The notes under the pieces: model-generated
Database searches by the model: none
The model's input: only the letters and a program-made list of their open reading frames with translations
What the model was told of the DNA's origin: nothing
Shown: positions 37,949-48,316 of the stretch, one piece after another
Numbering within the stretch: position 1 is the stretch's first letter
How the letters are laid out: each line of letters opens with the position of its first letter
Assembly (NCBI GenBank): GCA_963692865.2
Contig: OY843592.1
Coordinates: 3,456,001-3,520,000, forward strand
Reading direction: 5' to 3'
DNA: 64,000 nucleotides
Source of the DNA: a bacterium
GTDB taxonomy: Bacteria > UBA8248
Translations under genes and position numbers: made by a program

Positions 37949-38929
37949 CTACACACTCACCCCCAGCGCCTTCTTCGCGGCGTCGACGACGTTGGTTGTG
38001 TTGGGGAGAACGAAGTCCTCGAGGCGGGGCTCGAAGGGGATGGGCGCGTCGAGGGCGGCCACGCGGCCGATGGGGGCGTCGAGGTAGTCGAAGGCTTCCT
38101 CCTGGACGGCGGCGGATATCTCCGAACCCACGCCGCTCCTGAGATGGCCTTCCTCGACGATGATGCAGCGGTTCGTCTTGCGGACCGATTCGGCGAGCGT
38201 CTCGGTGTCCAGCGGGGCCAGGGTTCTCGGGTCGACCACTTCGGCGCTGACGCCCTCCTTGGCGAGTTCATCCGCCGCCGCCAGGCAGTTGTGCACCTGG
38301 TAGCCCACGCCGATGAGGGTGATGTCGGCGCCCTCGCGCTTCACGTCCGCCTGCCCGAAGGGGGTTACGTGCTCGCCCTCGGGAACGGGGCCCTTCATCT
38401 TGTAGAGCATCTTGTGCTCCACCATGAGCACGGGGTTGTCGTCCCGGATCGCCGCGCACATGAGTCCTTTCGCATCCGCGGGGTCGCTCGGCGCCGCCAC
38501 CTTGATGCCCGGAATCTGCATGAACCAGGCCTCCAGGCACTGGCTGTGCGTGGGGCCGTACTGCACGCCGCCGCCGCCGGGGGTGCGCACGACCAGGGGC
38601 ACGCTCAACTGCCCGCCCAGCATGTAGCGCAGCTTGGCCGCCTGGTTGATGAGCGGGTCCATCGCCAGCATGATGAAGTCCATGAACATGATCTCGACGA
38701 TGGGCCGGTAGCCCGCCATGGCGGCGCCCACGCCGGCGCCCACGATGCCGAGCTCGCTTATGGGCGTGTCGCGCACGCGGTCGCGCCCGAACTTCTCCGC
38801 GAGTCCCTTCGTCACGCCGAAGACGTAGGCCAACTCCACGTCCTCGCCCATGACGATCACGCGCTCATCCCTCTCCATCTCCTCGTGATGGGCTTCGGTC
38901 AACGCATCCACAAAAGTGATCTCTCGCAT
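37949..38929 (-). CDS. Pyruvate/acetoin/2-oxoacid dehydrogenase E1 beta subunit
   Basis: 'MGEDV', 'DTPISE', 'EIMFMDF', 'HSQ', 'EVVDPRTLAPLD'. Confidence 0.95.
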   Translation of the reverse strand: MREITFVDALTEAHHEEMERDERVIVMGEDVELAYVFGVTKGLAEKFGRDRVRDTPISELGIVGAGVGAAMAGYRPIVEIMFMDFIMLAMDPLINQAAKLRYMLGGQLSVPLVVRTPGGGGVQYGPTHSQCLEAWFMQIPGIKVAAPSDPADAKGLMCAAIRDDNPVLMVEHKMLYKMKGPVPEGEHVTPFGQADVKREGADITLIGVGYQVHNCLAAADELAKEGVSAEVVDPRTLAPLDTETLAESVRKTNRCIIVEEGHLRSGVGSEISAAVQEEAFDYLDAPIGRVAALDAPIPFEPRLEDFVLPNTTNVVDAAKKALGVSV

Positions 38930-39170
38930 GTCGCCTCTCTCCAGTGTTTTTATTCAAGCGCACCGCGCCGGGGGACGGGGTTTTCCAGAGAAATTATATA
39001 CTTCTGTCGACAACTCCTTTTTGGCCGGTCAATTCACAATTCCTTCTCGAAAACAACTATCTGCCGCCCGGGCTTTTTTCACTCCCCCCTTGCAGAGCGC
39101 CAACCGACCACTCTCCACTTTCCGGGACTGGCCTCCATGCCTGTTCTGCTACGCAAAACGCGATGGCATT

Positions 39171-39424
39171 GTAGGGGCCGCATATTATGCGGCCCTGCCT
39201 TTTCGCCCTCACAACACGGGTCGCATGATATGCGACCCCTACACTCCGAATACGGGATGATGAAACACGGCGCTCGCTCCCAGGGTCGGGTTTTTCAACG
39301 ACCGCATAATATGCGTGGGGCGCTCCCAAGGAGGGAGCGCCACCTACAAAAACCGCTCCCTCCCCAGTCGCGTCATATCCTCGTTAATCATCACTTTTCC
39401 AACACTCCCTCAAGGGGGGAGTGA
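39171..39424. repeat. Inverted GTAG-REP doublet plus further palindromes between the E1 genes
   Basis: GTAGGGGCCGCAT-att-ATGCGGCCC (39171-39195) and GGGTCGCAT-gat-ATGCGACCCCTAC (39218-39242); CACTCCCTCAAGGGGGGAGTGA (39403). Confidence 0.7.
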
Positions 39425-39441
39425 TTCCATCATTCCCTTCC

Positions 39442-40431
39442 CTAGGCGTATACGTCTTCGAGCGCGGATTCGAGCGTGGCCTCGGGGCTTCCCTCCGCAA
39501 ACGCGATGGCGTCGTTCAATTCCTCGTCCACGGCTTTCAGGTGCGCCTTTTTCTGCGCTTCGGTCAATTTCAGCATATCCGCCGCGATCGTCAGCGGGTC
39601 GCGCTTTCTCCACTCGTCCACCTCTTCCTTCGTGCGGTAGGGGCCGAACTGGGGGTCGCCGCGCGAGTGGCCGAAGAAGCGGTAGGTCTTCGCCTCGATG
39701 AGGCTGGGGCCGCCGCCCTCGCGCGCGCGGCGCACGGCCTCGGCCGTCGCCTCGTAGACGGCCACCACGTCCATGCCGTCCACCGTGAGGCCCGGCGCGT
39801 TGTAGCCCTGCGCGCGCACGCTGATGTCCCTGACGGCCGTTGAGCGCTCCACGTGGTAGCTCACCGCGTAGTGGTTGTTCTCGCAGAAGAAGACGACCGG
39901 CAGCTTCCAGATGGCGCACAGGTTCATCGACTCATGGAAGCTGCCCTGGTTGGACGCCCCGTCGCCGAAAAAGACCACCGCCACGCGGCCCGCGCCTTCA
40001 AGCTGGTAGGCGAGGCCCATGCCCGTGGCCATCGGCATGTTCGCCCCCACGATGGAGTGCGCGCCGTAGTGGCCCTTGGAGATGTCGGCGATGTGCATGG
40101 AGCCGCCCCGCGCCTTGCAGAGGCCGGTGGACTTGCCGAGCAACTCCGCCATCATCTCGGGCATCCGGGTGCCCTTGGCGATGGAGTGCCCGTGGCCCCG
40201 GTGGGTGGTCAGGATGGCGTCTTCGTCGTTCAGTGCCGCGCAGACGCCGACCGAGCACGCCTCCTGCCCGATGCTCACGTGAACCGCCCCCTTCACCCGG
40301 CCCGCCATGAAGAACTCGTCCGTCTTCTCCTCGAAGCGGCGGATGCGCAGCATGTTGCGGTACATCGCGTTCAGGTCCTTTTTCGTCAACCTCTTCGGCT
40401 TCGCCGACCTTCGCTTCGCCCTGGTGGCCAC
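39442..40431 (-). CDS. TPP-dependent dehydrogenase E1 alpha subunit
   Basis: 'GQEA', 'HRGHGH', 'GGSMH', 'FFGDGASNQG...ENN', 'TYRFFGHS'. Confidence 0.95.
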   Translation of the reverse strand: MATRAKRRSAKPKRLTKKDLNAMYRNMLRIRRFEEKTDEFFMAGRVKGAVHVSIGQEACSVGVCAALNDEDAILTTHRGHGHSIAKGTRMPEMMAELLGKSTGLCKARGGSMHIADISKGHYGAHSIVGANMPMATGMGLAYQLEGAGRVAVVFFGDGASNQGSFHESMNLCAIWKLPVVFFCENNHYAVSYHVERSTAVRDISVRAQGYNAPGLTVDGMDVVAVYEATAEAVRRAREGGGPSLIEAKTYRFFGHSRGDPQFGPYRTKEEVDEWRKRDPLTIAADMLKLTEAQKKAHLKAVDEELNDAIAFAEGSPEATLESALEDVYA

Positions 40432-40461
40432 GGCCTCCTCCTTGAGGGTTTGATTTGTTCC

Positions 40462-40531
40462 GTAGGGGCCGCATATTATGCGGCCCGCCTTGTGGGGGCG
40501 AAAATCAGGGTCGCATGTATGCGACCCCTAC
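40462..40531. repeat. Second inverted GTAG-REP doublet
   Basis: Same two REP sequences as at 39171-39242. Confidence 0.75.
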
Positions 40532-40802
40532 TACGTTCACCTCCTCACTCCTCGCTCGCAGCAATCGCTCCCGCATCGGCCGCGAGAATTCCTCCTTCAT
40601 CAGTCGGAACCCACCCATTCTCTTCAAGTCATATATATGATTCCGTATTTCAGGCTTTTATGAGTATCACATGGCGCGGTGGCGGTTCAATCGGCGCGGT
40701 GGGGGGTCGTTGGAAAAGTCCTGGGAAGCGATTTTGGGTTGCGCGCATGCTTTTGAAGTTCACTCCCCCCTTGAGGGTCATCTCATCACTCGCGAGATAA
40801 AC

Positions 40803-41006
40803 AATCACTCCCCCCTTGAGGGGGAGTCGAAGAGCTAAGGGCGAATGCCCGAAAGCGATTCGGTGGGGGGAGAATTCCGACTGATGAAAGAGGGATTCCT
40901 ACGACCAAGGACAAAGGATTTCCTATAAGAAAAAGTTCCCCCCACCACATCGGCCTTCGTCCATAGGACTCGGCCTCTGTGACTCCCCCTCAAGGGGGGA
41001 GTGATT
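40803..41006. repeat. MITE-like element with 26-bp terminal inverted repeats
   Basis: AATCACTCCCCCCTTGAGGGGGAGTC ... GACTCCCCCTCAAGGGGGGAGTGATT; inner GTGGGGGGA/TCCCCCCAC. Confidence 0.7.
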
Positions 41007-41077
41007 CTTGCTCATTCATCGGTCGCGTAAAACCTTCGTTCATAGGCACTTTCTAAACACCTCCGCTGAGCGTGCCG

Positions 41078-41752
41078 TCACTCGCGCTTCGCCTTGTAGC
41101 GCAGGAACAGCTCATCACCCTCCCGCCGGACCTCCGCGAGCGTGAGTCCCAGAAACTCGCCCGAGCGGAATCCCGGCCCGTCCATGAGGGTCGGGGCGTC
41201 GGAGCCGCCGGCCAGCCAGGGGGTGAGCGTCACGTGAAATTCGTCGATATATCGGGCGAACTCCCATACCAGGTTTCCGCCGCCTTCGAGCAACACGTTC
41301 TTCATCCCCCCCTCCCCGAGATGAGCCAGCACCTGGCCGGCGAGAGATTCCGCCTCGTTCAGAACGACGATCTGCGCACCGCCGGTTTGGGCTTCACTTA
41401 GGCGGCGCGCGCCCTCCCGCGCCGTGAAAATGAACCGCTCGATCCCATCGGCTGAAAACCAGGGCAGTTTATCGGGGAAAGCGCCGCTTTTCGTGATCAG
41501 CGCGTTCGCCGGGTGCGGCGGCAGGCCGCGTTCCGCGCGCTCGCGGGCGAGGGATTCCTCGCGCACCCTTGCGGGATGCCGCGCCGTCCTGAGCGTCTCG
41601 CCGCCCCATACCACGACGTCCGCACAGGCTCTCAGCCGATCCATCTCCAGGCGATCCGCTCCCGAACCCAGGGAGAAATCCGCGCGGTCGAAACTCGCGA
41701 TTTTCCCGTCGAGCGTCATGGCCAAGTTCGCGTATACGAAGGGCTTCTCCAC
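41078..41752 (-). CDS. RibD C-terminal (pyrimidine reductase/DHFR-like) protein
   Basis: 'AMTLDGKIA', 'LRACADVVVWGGET', 'VLLEGGG'. Confidence 0.9.
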   Translation of the reverse strand: MEKPFVYANLAMTLDGKIASFDRADFSLGSGADRLEMDRLRACADVVVWGGETLRTARHPARVREESLARERAERGLPPHPANALITKSGAFPDKLPWFSADGIERFIFTAREGARRLSEAQTGGAQIVVLNEAESLAGQVLAHLGEGGMKNVLLEGGGNLVWEFARYIDEFHVTLTPWLAGGSDAPTLMDGPGFRSGEFLGLTLAEVRREGDELFLRYKAKRE

Positions 41753-41860
41753 TATAATTCTCGCTCAAGCTTGTGGTGCGCCCGCATAAGGCAGTAAAGT
41801 TTCCTGTCGCCTCGTCTTCATGAACGCGGGGCATTCATCAGACAAAGGAGAGAAAACGAC

Positions 41861-42508
41861 ATGGGCGAATTCGACCAGAGAGTGGACCTTCCGGCGCTCG
41901 ATTTCCAGAAACTCAACATCGGCCCCTACAGCAACAACGTGTACGTCCTCACGTGCAAGGCGACGAAGGAGTGCGTCATCATCGACACCTCCCATTCCGC
42001 CGAGCCGATTCTCGCCGCGTGCGAAGGCGCCGCGCCCAGGTACATTCTACAGACCCATTGCCACGGCGACCACATCGACGCGCTCGACGAGGTGCGCAGC
42101 CGCACGGGCGCGCCCCTGGGCCAGCACGCCGAGGACGCGAAGGAGTTCGGCATCAGCCCGGATTTCACCATCGCGGACGGCGAGGAGATAACCTTCGGCG
42201 AGATCACGCTCAGGGCCATCCACACGCCCGGCCACTGCAAGGGCATGCTGATGTTCCACTATCCGGGCCACTGCGTCTGCGGGGACACGATTTTCCCCGG
42301 CGGCCCGGGAAAGACCTGGAACCACGGGCAACTGCTGACCTCGCTCGATTCCATCGAGAACAAGGTCTTCGCCTTGGCCGACGAGACGGTCCTCTACCCC
42401 GGCCACGGGGCGAACAGCACCGTCGCGCAGAGCAAGGCGGAAGTCGCCCGATTCCGGGCCGCGGGCAGGCCGGGGCCGGACGAATTCGGGGACGTGACCT
42501 GGGACTGA
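41861..42508 (+). CDS. Metallo-beta-lactamase-fold hydrolase (glyoxalase II-like)
   Basis: THCHGDH, HTPGH, GDTIF, YPGHG. Confidence 0.9.
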   Translation: MGEFDQRVDLPALDFQKLNIGPYSNNVYVLTCKATKECVIIDTSHSAEPILAACEGAAPRYILQTHCHGDHIDALDEVRSRTGAPLGQHAEDAKEFGISPDFTIADGEEITFGEITLRAIHTPGHCKGMLMFHYPGHCVCGDTIFPGGPGKTWNHGQLLTSLDSIENKVFALADETVLYPGHGANSTVAQSKAEVARFRAAGRPGPDEFGDVTWD

Positions 42509-42586
42509 CGGGCGGGAAAACCATCTGACATCGGCGCGCGCGACAGCTTCGCGCGGCCCCGGAGAATAAGAGACAGGAGCCAAGCA

Positions 42587-42979
42587 ATGAGTTCAGCCGG
42601 CATCGTATTCGATCACGTGCACGTCATCAGCAAGGACCCCGAAGCGAGCGTGAACTGGTTCGTCGAGAACCTCGGCGGCGAACGCGGCGAGGGCGGCGTG
42701 TTCAAGGGCGCGCCGCAGATTCCCGTACAGTTCGACGGCGCGACGGTCATCGTCCGGGGCGAGAGAACGGGCGAGAGCGCGGGGGAGAAGAGCGGCCTGG
42801 AGTGGGGGACGGATCATTTCGCCTTCGAGGTATCGGGGGATTTCGACGCCTATTGTGAAGATCTCAAGAACAAGGGCGTGAAATTCACGGTGGGCCCGGT
42901 GCAATTCAACCCCGCGACGCGCATCGCCTTCATCGAGGCGCCCGACGGCGTCAGCATCGAACTGCTGCAGAGATCATGA
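42587..42979 (+). CDS. VOC/glyoxalase-family protein
   Basis: 'FDHVHV', 'DHFAFEV', 'FIEAPDGVSIEL'. Confidence 0.9.
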   Translation: MSSAGIVFDHVHVISKDPEASVNWFVENLGGERGEGGVFKGAPQIPVQFDGATVIVRGERTGESAGEKSGLEWGTDHFAFEVSGDFDAYCEDLKNKGVKFTVGPVQFNPATRIAFIEAPDGVSIELLQRS

Positions 42980-43018
42980 AGCCGGAGAGCCTTCCCTCCG
43001 CCCGATGAGGGACCCGGT

Positions 43019-44095
43019 TTGAAGAGAAATACCTTGTTTCACCTCACGCGAATCGCGGCGCCGCCTCTCCTGATAGCGGCGCTCGTCGGGGCGCCCGCGT
43101 TGCCGGCGCATGCGCAGGACGCGCGCGCTCAGGCGCAAGAGGAATTCCCTCCCGAACCGCCCCTGGGCCTCGACGACGTGCCCGTGCCCGAGGACAACCC
43201 CATGACGCGGCCCAAGGTCGAACTCGGGAGGCTGCTCTATTTCGAGAAACGCTTCTCCGGCGACGGGAAGGTCTCCTGCGCGACCTGCCACGCGCCCCGC
43301 CGCGGATTCTCGAACGCGCGCCAGTACGGGACGGGTTTCGAGGGCAGGCTCACGCTCAGGAACGTGCCCACCGTCATCAACGCGGCCTACAACGAGTCCC
43401 AGTTCTGGGACGGACGCGCCGCGAGCCTGGAGGAGCAGGCCAGGGGCCCCATTCTCCATCCGAGCGAGATGGCGTCGAGCGAGGAGAAAATCATCCGCAC
43501 GATCGGGGCGATCCCCGAATACCGGGAGCGATTCGCAGCGGCATTCGAAAGCCCCGGGGTCAGCCTGGAACGAGTCGTTCAGGCCATCGCCGCGTTCGAG
43601 CGCACCCTGCTCTCGGGGAACTCCCCGTTCGACCGCTGGAAATACGGGGGCGATGAGTCCGCGCTCTCGCCCCGCGCCCTCCGGGGGTTCGAGGTCTTCA
43701 TGAAGCGGGGGAATTGCGTGAAATGCCATCTGGTGGATGAATTCAGCGCGCCCTTCACGGACGACAAGTTCCACAACCTCGGCGTCGGGATGGACAAGAA
43801 GCCGCTGCAACTCGGACGAGAGGCGATCACGAAGAAAATCAAGGACCGGGGCAAGTTCAAGACGCCCACGCTCCGCCACGTCACCCAGACGGCGCCCTAC
43901 ATGCACGACGGCCGCTTCGTATCGCTTGAGGAAGTCGTCGATTTCTACGACAAGGGCGGCCACCCGAACCCCCACCTCGACCCGGACATGAAGCCCCTCC
44001 AGCTCACGAAGACCGAGAAAGAGGACCTGATCGCCTTCATGGGCGCGCTCACGGGCGACCTCCCCGAGGTCAAAACCCCCGAGTTGCCGAAGTGA
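43019..44095 (+). CDS. Di-heme cytochrome c peroxidase / MauG family
   Basis: Signal peptide; CATCH, FWDGRA, CVKCH, FKTPTLR, APYMHDG. Confidence 0.9.
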   Translation: MKRNTLFHLTRIAAPPLLIAALVGAPALPAHAQDARAQAQEEFPPEPPLGLDDVPVPEDNPMTRPKVELGRLLYFEKRFSGDGKVSCATCHAPRRGFSNARQYGTGFEGRLTLRNVPTVINAAYNESQFWDGRAASLEEQARGPILHPSEMASSEEKIIRTIGAIPEYRERFAAAFESPGVSLERVVQAIAAFERTLLSGNSPFDRWKYGGDESALSPRALRGFEVFMKRGNCVKCHLVDEFSAPFTDDKFHNLGVGMDKKPLQLGREAITKKIKDRGKFKTPTLRHVTQTAPYMHDGRFVSLEEVVDFYDKGGHPNPHLDPDMKPLQLTKTEKEDLIAFMGALTGDLPEVKTPELPK

Positions 44096-44160
44096 GGCTT
44101 TTTCGGCAAACTCATCTTCGACGCCACCCAAGGTGATTCGGAGGATCAAGGACCTTCCGC

Positions 44161-44880
44161 ATGACACGCATGAAAAAGCTTTTCCCCCTCGCGCTCACGG
44201 GCGTTCTGTCCCTCCTGCTCACGTGCGCTCATTCCCGTGGCGCGGAGGTGGGCGAGGGAAAATCCCTTTTTCAGAACAACAACTGCGGAAGCTGCCACAC
44301 GCTGAAAGGCCCTGAAACCAGGATGCCCCCGCCCGCGCGCCACGGCATAAAAGGCCCCACGCTCTGGTATGCGGGCAGCAAGTTCCGGCCCGGCTTTCTG
44401 GCGAAATGGCTGGCCGAGCCGGAACCTTTCCGCGGCGTCGTCTACGGAACCATGAAGCGCGGCAGATACCCGCACCCCGCCCTTCCCGAGGAGGAGGCGG
44501 CGAAAGTCGCGGCTTATCTGGAAAGCCTGAAAGACCCCGAAATGCCCGTGGGCGTCGTTCCGCGCTGGAAGAAAATCCCCCGAAAAGTGCTCAGGCGCGC
44601 GAGAATCCTGTTCCAGAAGAAACAGCCGTGTTATTCGTGCCACATGGTCTCGATACGAAAGACGGTCTACCGCACGCGCATCGAGGTGGGCGGCCACAGC
44701 GCGCCGAATTTCATAGAGGGGGGCCGCAGGCTGAACCCCGATTTCATCGTCGCCTTCCTCAAGAAGCCTGCGCGCTACAACCCCAACGGCAGGATGCCCG
44801 TGTACGGGGATAAGGCGTTCACGAAGCTGAGCGAGAAGGATTTCATCGCGCTCGCCGCCTACATCGCGAGCTTCAAATGA
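44161..44880 (+). CDS. Di-heme c-type cytochrome
   Basis: Signal peptide; CGSCH and CYSCH. Confidence 0.85.
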   Translation: MTRMKKLFPLALTGVLSLLLTCAHSRGAEVGEGKSLFQNNNCGSCHTLKGPETRMPPPARHGIKGPTLWYAGSKFRPGFLAKWLAEPEPFRGVVYGTMKRGRYPHPALPEEEAAKVAAYLESLKDPEMPVGVVPRWKKIPRKVLRRARILFQKKQPCYSCHMVSIRKTVYRTRIEVGGHSAPNFIEGGRRLNPDFIVAFLKKPARYNPNGRMPVYGDKAFTKLSEKDFIALAAYIASFK

Positions 44881-45305
44881 AGTTTCACTCTCTCGCAAGA
44901 AGGCTGATTCTCGCCCTCGCAATGGCGGCGACGGGCGCCCCCCTCCCGGCAGGCGCGGAGGAGCCTGCAAGCCGCGTGAGCGCGCAGGAGAACTTCCGCT
45001 GGTACTGCATCCAGTGCCACGGCCCCAAGGGAGACGGCAAGGGGGTCAACAACACCAGGAAGCTGCCCGTGAACCCACGCAACCTCACCGACGGGAAGGA
45101 CATGGCCCAGTTCTCGGACGAAGACATGGTGCGCACCATCACCCACGGGGGCGGGGCGAGCGACCTCTCCCCCATCATGCCGCCGTGGGGCAACGTGTTT
45201 ACAAAACGGGAGATTCGTGATTTGGTGGCCCTGATCCGCAAGATGTGCAACTGCCGCTTCGACCCCAAGGCGAAAGAGGCTTTTCTGAAGCAACAAGGCC
45301 GCTAG
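44877..45305 (+). CDS. Mono-heme cytochrome c
   Basis: Signal peptide; CIQCHG..G.G; MPPW. Confidence 0.85.
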   Translation: MKFHSLARRLILALAMAATGAPLPAGAEEPASRVSAQENFRWYCIQCHGPKGDGKGVNNTRKLPVNPRNLTDGKDMAQFSDEDMVRTITHGGGASDLSPIMPPWGNVFTKREIRDLVALIRKMCNCRFDPKAKEAFLKQQGR

Positions 45306-45315
45306 GTTTCATACC

Positions 45316-46287
45316 ATGCGCGACATGACTCTCCCACTCGTCATCCTCTCTCTTCTGCTCTCGGCGCCCGCTCCAGCGCTCGGGGCGGGCGAGCGGATTC
45401 TCGTCACGAACACGCGCGACGGCACGCTGAGCGTCATCTCGCGCGATACGCACGAGGTCATCAAGACGATCCCGGCGGGCAGGAAGGCGAACCGCCTCTC
45501 GCTCGCGCCGGACGGCCGCCACGCCTACGTCATCAACGACGGCAGCGCCTTCGTGCGCGTATTCGACACGCACACGCTCCAGTTCGTCCGCCGCGTGCGC
45601 GCGGGGCGCGACCCCTACAACCTCGCGTTCTCCCCCGACGGCGCGCTCGCCTATTTCGTGAACACCTATTCGGACAACGTGACGGTCCTGGACATCGCGG
45701 CGCGGAAGATCATCGGCCTCATCAAGCACGGGGGCAACAACCCGGTGAACATCAAGCTGAGCCCCGACGGCCGCCTCGCCTTCGTGGCGAACGAATTGAG
45801 CGAGGACGTCTCCGTCGTCGATCTCGAAACGAGAAAGCCGATCAGGCAGATCGAGGCGGGCCACTACATCGAGGGCATCGACGTGACGCGCGACGGCAAG
45901 CGGCTCTACGTCATGAACGGGGAACGGAACTCCTACAGCGTGGTGGATTTGGAGGCGCTCGAAATCATCCGTACCGTCAAACTCTCCGGCGAGCCGCACG
46001 ACGCCCTCATCACGCCGGACGGGAAATTCCTCTACGTCACCCTGCCGCACAAGAACCGGGTGTCTGTCTTCTCCTTGCCCGCACAAAAGCGCGTCGCCGG
46101 CGTGAGGCAGGGGGTCCGGCCCGACCTCATCGCCTTTACGCCCGACGGCGCGCTCGCCTACGTGACGAACCGCGATTCCAGGGAAGTGTTCGTGATGGAC
46201 GCCAGACGACACCGCAACATCAGGAAAATCCGCGTGGGAAACGGGGCGCACGGCGTGCTCGTCGTGCCGCCCGCGCCGGTGAACTGA
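45316..46287 (+). CDS. YVTN/YncE-type beta-propeller protein
   Basis: Repeated 'PDG..AYV.N....V.V.D' blades; signal peptide. Confidence 0.85.
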   Translation: MRDMTLPLVILSLLLSAPAPALGAGERILVTNTRDGTLSVISRDTHEVIKTIPAGRKANRLSLAPDGRHAYVINDGSAFVRVFDTHTLQFVRRVRAGRDPYNLAFSPDGALAYFVNTYSDNVTVLDIAARKIIGLIKHGGNNPVNIKLSPDGRLAFVANELSEDVSVVDLETRKPIRQIEAGHYIEGIDVTRDGKRLYVMNGERNSYSVVDLEALEIIRTVKLSGEPHDALITPDGKFLYVTLPHKNRVSVFSLPAQKRVAGVRQGVRPDLIAFTPDGALAYVTNRDSREVFVMDARRHRNIRKIRVGNGAHGVLVVPPAPVN

Positions 46288-46474
46288 GGGTTTTCGCTAT
46301 ATTACGCGCGTCATCCCCTCGAACGAAGAAGCCCCGGGTCGGCCTCAACGTAACGAAGACCATCGCTCATCCCGAACGAGCGGCGCGGGCAATGGCGGAA
46401 GTTGCGTTCCCCTCCCTCATGCGCCATATTCGAGAGACGAGGTTATTTCCAATCCAGACCCGCGGAGAGGAAAA

Positions 46475-46756
46475 ATGACGGAATTTGAAATTGCAACGCT
46501 CGAATTTGCACGTATCGGCCTATGGATTTCTGCGATTCACGCCTTCATATCGCTCATCGTGGGCAGCGTTCAATGTTTTCTCATCATGTTTGGACTGAAA
46601 CAGATGAGCCGCGCTTCGGCAGCCAGAGACAAGCAGCACGAAGAAACCATGGCCGCTCTGGACACCCGACACCGCGAAATCATGGGGGCCCAGGAAGCCC
46701 GCCACCGCGAAAACATGAAGGCCCTGGAAGCCCTGATCGAGAGAACCTCGAAGTGA
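46475..46756 (+). CDS. Small membrane-anchored hypothetical protein
   Basis: GAGAGG RBS; one hydrophobic segment then HxExM repeats. Confidence 0.6.
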   Translation: MTEFEIATLEFARIGLWISAIHAFISLIVGSVQCFLIMFGLKQMSRASAARDKQHEETMAALDTRHREIMGAQEARHRENMKALEALIERTSK

Positions 46757-46879
46757 GCGGATAAAAAACCGCCGCTCCGCCTGATTTGCCCGATCATTCC
46801 CCGGCGAGCCGCAATCCTCCGCAACGCGCAGTTTGACTCCGCTCGTTTTCAGGCTCTGTGTCGTACGACTCGGGCCGTA

Positions 46880-47764
46880 TCAAGAACCCTCGCCCGTCGC
46901 GCAGCGAAAGCCGATCTTGTTGTTCGTATAATCGGGGCGACGGTGATAGCGGTTGTGCGCCGTGGCCCAGGCGACCGGACTGCCCCAGGACGCGCCGCGA
47001 ACGACCCTCGTTTTCCCCTTCGCAGGCCCGTGCGGGTCGCGCTCGGCCATTTTCCGGTAGGCTCTCGAACCATAGCGGTCGGCCACCCACTCCCAGACGT
47101 TGCCCGACATGTCGAGCGCGCCGAAGGAGCTCGCGCCCTTCGGGAAGCGGCCCGCGGGAGCGACGCCGGGGAACCCGTCCTTGCCGCCCTTCAGGTTGGC
47201 TCTCATCGCGTCGCGCGCCTCCCCCCAGGGGTAGCGTCTCCCGTCTCCGCCGCGCGCCGCGCGCTCCCATTCCGCCTCGGTCGGCAGACGCCTGCCCGCC
47301 CACCCGCAATAGGCCTCCGCGTCGGGCCAGCTCACGTGGGAGACAGGCTGCGTCGGCGTGGTTTTCCAGCTCGATTTCGGGCCTTCGGGCCGGCGCCAGT
47401 CAGCGCCTCTGGTCTTTCGCCACCCGCCCTTCCCCTTCCTGAGGGAAGCGTCCCACGTCCAGGACCATTTTCGCTTCTCGGCCGTCGTCTTGTAGCCCGT
47501 TTGGGCGACGAAGCGCGCGAAGCGCTCCGCCGTCGCTTCGGTCTCGTCGATCCAGAAGCCTGAGACAAAGATTTTCCGGGGCGGGCGCTCGTCCTTGTCG
47601 CCGGATTTGCTGCCCATCACGAACCAGCCCGAGGGAACGCGCACCAGCGCCGCGCCGTCGAAACCGGATACTTTCTTGCCTGCCTGCTGCGCCTGTACCA
47701 ATGAGCCGGTGCCGCCCAGGAGGCAGGCGATCAGCAGACAAACGAGGCGTCTGGTAGAAAACAT
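46880..47764 (-). CDS. Formylglycine-generating enzyme (FGE/SUMF1) domain protein
   Basis: 'FVMGS', '[15 protein letters not shown]', 'DMSGNVWEW', 'GFRCA'. Confidence 0.9.
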   Translation of the reverse strand: MFSTRRLVCLLIACLLGGTGSLVQAQQAGKKVSGFDGAALVRVPSGWFVMGSKSGDKDERPPRKIFVSGFWIDETEATAERFARFVAQTGYKTTAEKRKWSWTWDASLRKGKGGWRKTRGADWRRPEGPKSSWKTTPTQPVSHVSWPDAEAYCGWAGRRLPTEAEWERAARGGDGRRYPWGEARDAMRANLKGGKDGFPGVAPAGRFPKGASSFGALDMSGNVWEWVADRYGSRAYRKMAERDPHGPAKGKTRVVRGASWGSPVAWATAHNRYHRRPDYTNNKIGFRCATGEGS

Positions 47765-47831
47765 GCGTGCCCTTATCTCCTTGCCACTGGCAATGACGGG
47801 CGGATAGCGAGCGCCCCGGAAAAGCGAATCA

Positions 47832-48260
47832 CTAGTCCCTCAGCGGGTCTCTGGGGTCGTCCACGAACGTCGTGCCCGCCGCTTCCTTGTTGGGCATTCC
47901 GCCGTAGGTGAATATCAACTCCGCAGGCTCGTCCGCGCTCGGATTCTCCTGTCCGTGGATGCACCCGCAGGGAAAATAGACGAAATGGCCGACGGGAATC
48001 TCTTTCCTTTCAATCTCCCCGCCCTCTTTCCAGTAGATGTTGATGGGGCCTTTCACCACGTAGATCGTGGTGTCGCAGTTCTTGTGATAGTGCAGCGCGT
48101 TGCGGCCTCTCGGGGGGATGATGGTTCTCCCCATCGTGATGGTATCCGTCCCCGTCGTCTCCCGGTTCACGCCCCAGCGGATGTCGTAGGGCGGCTCATA
48201 GGCCTTGTCCTCGTCCACGTCCAGTGAATTTACGACTTGCGGTATCGGCAGATCCGCCAT
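47832..48260 (-). CDS. Cupin-domain protein
   Basis: '[15 protein letters not shown]', '[12 protein letters not shown]'. Confidence 0.8.
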   Translation of the reverse strand: MADLPIPQVVNSLDVDEDKAYEPPYDIRWGVNRETTGTDTITMGRTIIPPRGRNALHYHKNCDTTIYVVKGPINIYWKEGGEIERKEIPVGHFVYFPCGCIHGQENPSADEPAELIFTYGGMPNKEAAGTTFVDDPRDPLRD

Positions 48261-48316
48261 GTGATCACCTCCAAAATATGAATGAAACCCGGAAAATTCT
48301 CGCTCCGTCCTTCGCG

